DNA from: an uncultured Methanolobus sp. | GTDB lineage: Archaea > Halobacteriota > Methanosarcinia > Methanosarcinales > Methanosarcinaceae | DNA: 64,000 nt | Assembly (NCBI GenBank): GCA_963675495.1 | Contig: OY776215.1 | Span: 320,001-384,000 of the forward strand | Reading direction: 5' to 3' | Shown here: positions 62,192 through 64,000 of the stretch, piece by piece | Position numbering within the stretch: position 1 is the first letter of the stretch | Layout: each line of letters starts with the position of its first letter | Position numbers and translations under genes: made by a program | Notes under the pieces: generated by a model | Databases searched by the model: none | Told to the model about the DNA's origin: nothing | Seen by the model: the letters and a program-made list of their open reading frames with translations, nothing else

Positions 62192-62809
62192 TTGGAAAGA
62201 GAACTCTTATTCAGTATAATGATCATTGCAGTCGTAGCTCTTTTGATCGGAGGTGGAACCTACGCATATTTCAGTGATACTGAAAGCAGCGAAGATAATA
62301 CCATCACAGCAGGTACACTGGACCTAAGTGTTGATGATGAAAATCCCTGGACAAGCACCAAGCTCACGGTAACTAATGCAATACCTGGTTCAAGTGGCTC
62401 CGTCACCATGACATTAAAAAATGAAGGGAGCGCAGACGGCCTCAGCCTGACCGTTAATATTACTAATGTCGCTGATGGACCAGGAACCACACCCGAATCA
62501 GAACCTACACCAGATAATGGTGAACTTAGTCAAAATACGGACATAGTATTGTGGGAGGACACTAATTATGATGGGGTAATAGATGAGGGTGAGGATGAAA
62601 TCTATAACAATACCCTCAGTGCTGCTACCACAGGTCCATGGGAGATCGGCGCTCTTGCCGCTGGTGCTACCAATTATGTCAGTTTATCCTATGAGATCGA
62701 TGAAACAGTTGGAAATGAGATACAGGGAGATAACTGCAGCTTTAACATCGTATACGTTCTTAGCCAAAACTTAATCAGATCAAAGATTGCAGTTCCGATC
62801 ATGCCATAA
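62192..62809 (+). CDS. TasA/CalY (camelysin)-like protein with SipW-type signal peptide; 3' end runs into the uraA remnant
   Basis: IGGGTYAYFSDTESSEDNTITAGTLDL, PGSSGS..LKNEGS, NEIQGD..F...LSQ; GGAGG + TTG start at 62192. Confidence 0.85.
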   Translation: MERELLFSIMIIAVVALLIGGGTYAYFSDTESSEDNTITAGTLDLSVDDENPWTSTKLTVTNAIPGSSGSVTMTLKNEGSADGLSLTVNITNVADGPGTTPESEPTPDNGELSQNTDIVLWEDTNYDGVIDEGEDEIYNNTLSAATTGPWEIGALAAGATNYVSLSYEIDETVGNEIQGDNCSFNIVYVLSQNLIRSKIAVPIMP

Positions 62810-63699
62810 AGTGCCGTTGTCAGACCACCCAATACAGGTGCAGGAATAGAGGCCAGCAGGCTGGAGAATTTGGGGATTAGCGAGAGCAGTATTAGAATAA
62901 CTGCACCGATTAGCACAAGCTGGACACTTGATATTTTTGTAAGGTCCACAAGACCGATGCTCTCTGAATAGCTGGTTGTACCACAGGCAACAAATACACC
63001 GGCAATAGAACAGGAAAGACCTTCCGAACCAATACCACGGTTTATCTTCTTATTATCTATGGGAAGGTCTGTTATCGTTGATATGGCATGGTAGTCACCT
63101 ACACTTTCTATAATGCTCACCATGAAGGCAAAAATAATTATGATTATGGGGCTGATGTCAAATACCGGAAATCCCCATGGAAACAATTTAGGAAGGATCA
63201 AAAGTGGAAGGCTTTTCACAAGCCTGAAATCAACCATTCCAAATTCGATACTCAGGATGTAACCTACCAATACACCCGCAATTACCGACATGGTGTTGAA
63301 AGTACCTTTTAGAGAGAAAACCATAAGCATGATGGTTATACCCTTTACAAGAGGTGAGAAAAGGTTTTTCAGTTTACCGATGAGTCCTAAAGCCCCCTGT
63401 TAGCCTTTCGATGATACCACCTACGGTCAAAGCACCTTCCATCGCAGCAAGCCCAATACCCGAGCTTATGGAGATAAGAGCGGGAATGAAAGCAAAACGT
63501 GATCCCTGTACTATCGGGAACTTAGAACAATGAAGGTCTGCAAAAGAGTGGCAATAGTCATTGCCAGAAGAACAGACTGCATCAGCAGTGCAATATCTGA
63601 AAGTTGAAGACTTATGGCAGAACCAACCACAAGAGGAACTATGATGGTTGCACCGAACATTGCCAGCACATGCTGAAATCCTAAAACAATTCGTTTCAT
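62770..63699 (-). pseudogene. UraA/xanthine-uracil permease pseudogene, copy 2
   Basis: SIIESVGDYHA, GTTSYSE, PAPVLGG; frameshifts, an internal deletion and a truncated C-terminus. Confidence 0.85.
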
Positions 63700-64000
63700 A
63701 TAAATCACCAGGATATTCGTGTCAGTAAATATTAGAATTTACTAGAATTCAATTCTAAAAAAACTATTTTGACCAACCTGGATATAGTTGCTGGATTTTT
63801 TGAAACGAACGTTACAAAATAAGCTGATGCACAAATAACAATTAATTTTCAATGATAATAATTCCAGACACTTCAGTTAAAATTAAGATATAGCTCTTAA
63901 AAATCGAATGCATGCATTTTTAGAATTAAACTACATGATTTCGAAATTTTTATTTTTAATTTATTATGCAACATTTTAGTTAAATATATATATAATAACA

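Larger units (their letters stand above)
61089..63887. repeat. Direct duplication (about 61089-61894 and 63206-63887) of the uraA 5' half plus upstream DNA
   Basis: Near-identical sequence at offset 1993 over the upstream part; copy 2 lacks an internal segment of about 125 bp. Confidence 0.9.

Noticed and set aside
62689-63330. 213-aa ORF as a functional permease
   Set aside because: Internal fragment of a decayed uraA that reads on antisense into the tasA-like gene.

Overview
Chromosomal window from a methylotrophic methanogen of the Methanosarcinaceae (Methanolobus-like gene content; taxonomy is inference). The left part holds tRNA-Leu(TAA), housekeeping genes (PfpI, Maf, pncB, an MtaA/CmuA methyltransferase) and an Rsm22-like methyltransferase paired with a U32/RlhA-like enzyme. 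Next come a two-gene archaeal cohesin-dockerin module carrying LamG domains, a DUF2341/PGF-pre-PGF surface protein and a TRAM / aIF-1A / DEAD-box cluster; aIF-1A appears to start at CTG. The centre is a methanol locus: mtaCB, a kinase-less multi-PAS/GAF sensor and an orphan mtaC paralog whose 3' region copies part of the mtaC leader. It is followed by an accessory cluster of two VOC proteins, EamA, a CMD-like protein, four paralogous 4-Cys small proteins (DUF6951-like), a PAS-only protein and a TSUP exporter. The right part has a SatD/DUF3307 pair, a four-gene paralogous surface-protein cluster (candidate new pilus or surface polymer), a 131-bp MITE with an 8-bp target-site duplication, and a rearranged island. 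The island contains a tasA-like remnant, a FIST protein plus histidine kinase, a dead ISH3 transposase, duplicated uraA pseudogenes and a TasA-like gene. No CRISPR array or rRNA was seen. Family names come from motif recognition, not database searches.
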